Below are positions 62,010 through 64,000 of a stretch of DNA of 64,000 nt, one piece after another; position 1 is the stretch's first letter, and every line of letters begins with the position of its first letter. Origin of the DNA: Haliotis rufescens (Eukaryota); the NCBI RefSeq assembly GCF_023055435.1, contig NW_025964361.1, positions 49,724,001 to 49,788,000 of the forward strand, given 5' to 3'. The notes beneath the pieces were generated by a model. That model did not search any database and had not been told where the DNA came from. It was given only the letters and a program-made list of their open reading frames with translations. Both the position numbers and the translations under genes were made by a program.

Positions 62010-64000
62010 TCAGAATAAGGCTGCGGGATCAGCGTTGAGGATACGCTGACACAGATGTGTCCAGAACTGGGGGTGTTCCTCCACGTCCAGAATATGTTCC
62101 TCTGAAACCACGTTGAGGAGAAGATGAGGAACTCGAGCTCTCGCTGCCAAGGACATATCCCTGTACAGAAGCAGGACCCGGTCCGTGATTGCGTTGTTCA
62201 CGGACATCAGTCTGACAGTAGACAGAACAGTAAAGTGTATCCATTCGTCTCTCAGGAAGTTCTCTGTAAGCACGATAACAATCTTCCAGCTTCTCGACAA
62301 AGCATCAATGGTCACTTCAGCCCGAGAACATCCTACAGGGTCATGTAAGTCGGGCAGGTACAGTCTTATACCAGGGGAGACTTTGGGGAGCTCCTTGAAG
62401 AGACAATGACATGGCCAATAATACTCAGCACTTTCATAGCATATGTAGGCATCATAATCAAAATCCTCCCTTTGTGGTCGGCGTCTTGGATTATAACCAA
62501 GCATATGTAATACATGGTGTTCTATTTTGGGGAAATATTTCTTGAAAAGAAAAGCTGCAAATAGAGACAACATCGCGATCAAGTTTCCAACTATGGCAGC
62601 CGCCAACCAGAACTGACCAACACATGTTCTCCACTGAAATGTCCTACTTGCATAAAAGGTAGCTGTATCAGACAACGTTCCATCACCAAGGATGCAGCTG
62701 TAGTTGCCATGGTGATCTAAAGTGACATCAGTTTCCAGTAACCATTGTATGAAGTGAAGAGTTCCACAGCTGCAGCTGAAGATATTGCCTGTTAGGTAGA
62801 GGTAGAACGATCCGTTATTCACAACAAAGTCATCGAGCATTGTCTGTTGCTGTTTACTGATGACTAACAGGGAATTCGATGTCATATCCAAATGTTTAAG
62901 CCTAGCCATCATAAGGATTTCTTCTGGTACGTCATCCAGTCGGTTTCGTGCAAGAGAAATGATTTCCAATTTGTTAAATTTTCTCAATGTATTTTTGTTG
63001 ATAAGCTGCAGATTATTGCCTGATAAATCGAGTCTTTTAAGTTTGGGCATGACATTGAAAAAAGGTTCAGATGGGGACACAAACATGTCTTCATCTGACG
63101 TCACATCGTGAACAAGCAATGTTTGGAGATTCGTCACCATGTTGGTGTTGTTGAAAACATTCTGACTGATCTTCATATGGGATATGTCCAAGAGTTTCAG
63201 GTTTTTACAACATTCCAAATATGACGGAATGTCTAACTTATCATTTCTAGAGAAATCTAACACAGATAGATGATCGCTTTGTGTCAGTGTTAAACTAATA
63301 TACACATGGTTAGCAATGGAAGATCTGCTGAGGTTTACATAACTTAGATTAGGAGGTATGGGAAAATATAACCCCCCTCGTTTTGTGGTATCATATTTGT
63401 GGCTGATAGAAAAGCTCAATTGGTTATTCTGAGACACATCGAGATATTTCAGATTTTCCATGATGTACGTGTCTCTTAATGTAGGCATCATCATCTCAAT
63501 TATGTTTTTGGACAAGTCCAGATATTCGAGACATCTGAATAAGGTGGAACTGGTTATGGCATTTGTTTGAATCGAAATAATCTTATTGTTAGACAAGTCT
63601 AGCTTTTTCACACATATATCTGCAAGATAACCGAACATCTCCTCTGTTAGAGTCACACAACTTTCTCCTGTGGTAACAACTCGAGTCAGTATTATTTCCT
63701 CCATATTTCTTCCAGCTAAACACTGAAGGGCTCTTGTTATGGAGACGAACTTGGTCGTGCTTCCATGCGATTGAGAAAGAACCAGCTTGGTTAGGTTCTT
63801 AAAAGGGCAAAATACTCCTGGTTCTAGTTTTGTTAGAACACCATTAAGATTAAATATTTTAAGTGGGATATCCCGCAAAGCTTGAAAGGATGTGTTTCCA
63901 AGAACAGGTGTACCAATGGTTTGGATATTCAGAAGTGTGAGGGTGTCTTTCAACTGTTCTAGTTGAGGCCATTTTCCGTCTTTAGGCCAGGAGTTAATCT
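62010..64000 (-). CDS. Toll-like receptor TLR-D, 5'-partial (runs off the window) and more diverged
   Basis: Open frame from the window edge (INSWPKDGKW...) through LRRs, LRRCT, TM and TIR to TGA. Confidence 0.9.
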   Translation of the reverse strand, partial: INSWPKDGKWPQLEQLKDTLTLLNIQTIGTPVLGNTSFQALRDIPLKIFNLNGVLTKLEPGVFCPFKNLTKLVLSQSHGSTTKFVSITRALQCLAGRNMEEIILTRVVTTGESCVTLTEEMFGYLADICVKKLDLSNNKIISIQTNAITSSTLFRCLEYLDLSKNIIEMMMPTLRDTYIMENLKYLDVSQNNQLSFSISHKYDTTKRGGLYFPIPPNLSYVNLSRSSIANHVYISLTLTQSDHLSVLDFSRNDKLDIPSYLECCKNLKLLDISHMKISQNVFNNTNMVTNLQTLLVHDVTSDEDMFVSPSEPFFNVMPKLKRLDLSGNNLQLINKNTLRKFNKLEIISLARNRLDDVPEEILMMARLKHLDMTSNSLLVISKQQQTMLDDFVVNNGSFYLYLTGNIFSCSCGTLHFIQWLLETDVTLDHHGNYSCILGDGTLSDTATFYASRTFQWRTCVGQFWLAAAIVGNLIAMLSLFAAFLFKKYFPKIEHHVLHMLGYNPRRRPQREDFDYDAYICYESAEYYWPCHCLFKELPKVSPGIRLYLPDLHDPVGCSRAEVTIDALSRSWKIVIVLTENFLRDEWIHFTVLSTVRLMSVNNAITDRVLLLYRDMSLAARARVPHLLLNVVSEEHILDVEEHPQFWTHLCQRILNADPAALF

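Overview
Eukaryotic genomic DNA, most likely a mollusc; the SINE-like repeats with (GAGT)n tails suggest abalone, which is my inference. The window is a tandem array of Toll-like receptor genes on the minus strand, each with an uninterrupted LRR-TM-TIR coding exon. TLR-A (2281-4750) is frameshifted, TLR-B (26091-28562) is intact, TLR-C (52367-54837) has a nonsense codon and a frameshift, and TLR-D (62010 to beyond 64000) is open to the window edge. Two TIR-only remnants are each fused to a tRNA-SINE head. The main feature is a ~10.0-kb endogenous Polinton/Maverick-type (adintovirus-like) element present twice (9653-19679 and 33551-43579). It has AGTAG...CTACT termini, TIRs built from 33-bp subrepeats and a 6-bp TSD (ATTAAC), which is confirmed by an empty paralogous site at 60080-60085. 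It encodes a chromodomain-bearing integrase, minor and major capsid proteins, an adenain-type protease and a packaging ATPase. It also carries two cargo genes that may counter host immunity, a NADAR/YbiA hydrolase and a stand-alone BIR (IAP) protein. No protein-primed DNA polymerase is recognisable. Both copies sit at the same insertion site, so they were multiplied by a 24-26 kb segmental tandem duplication of the TLR unit and not by transposition. The rest of the window is LINE relics, SINEs (two polymorphic between units) and a 67-bp minisatellite (~10 vs ~33 copies).
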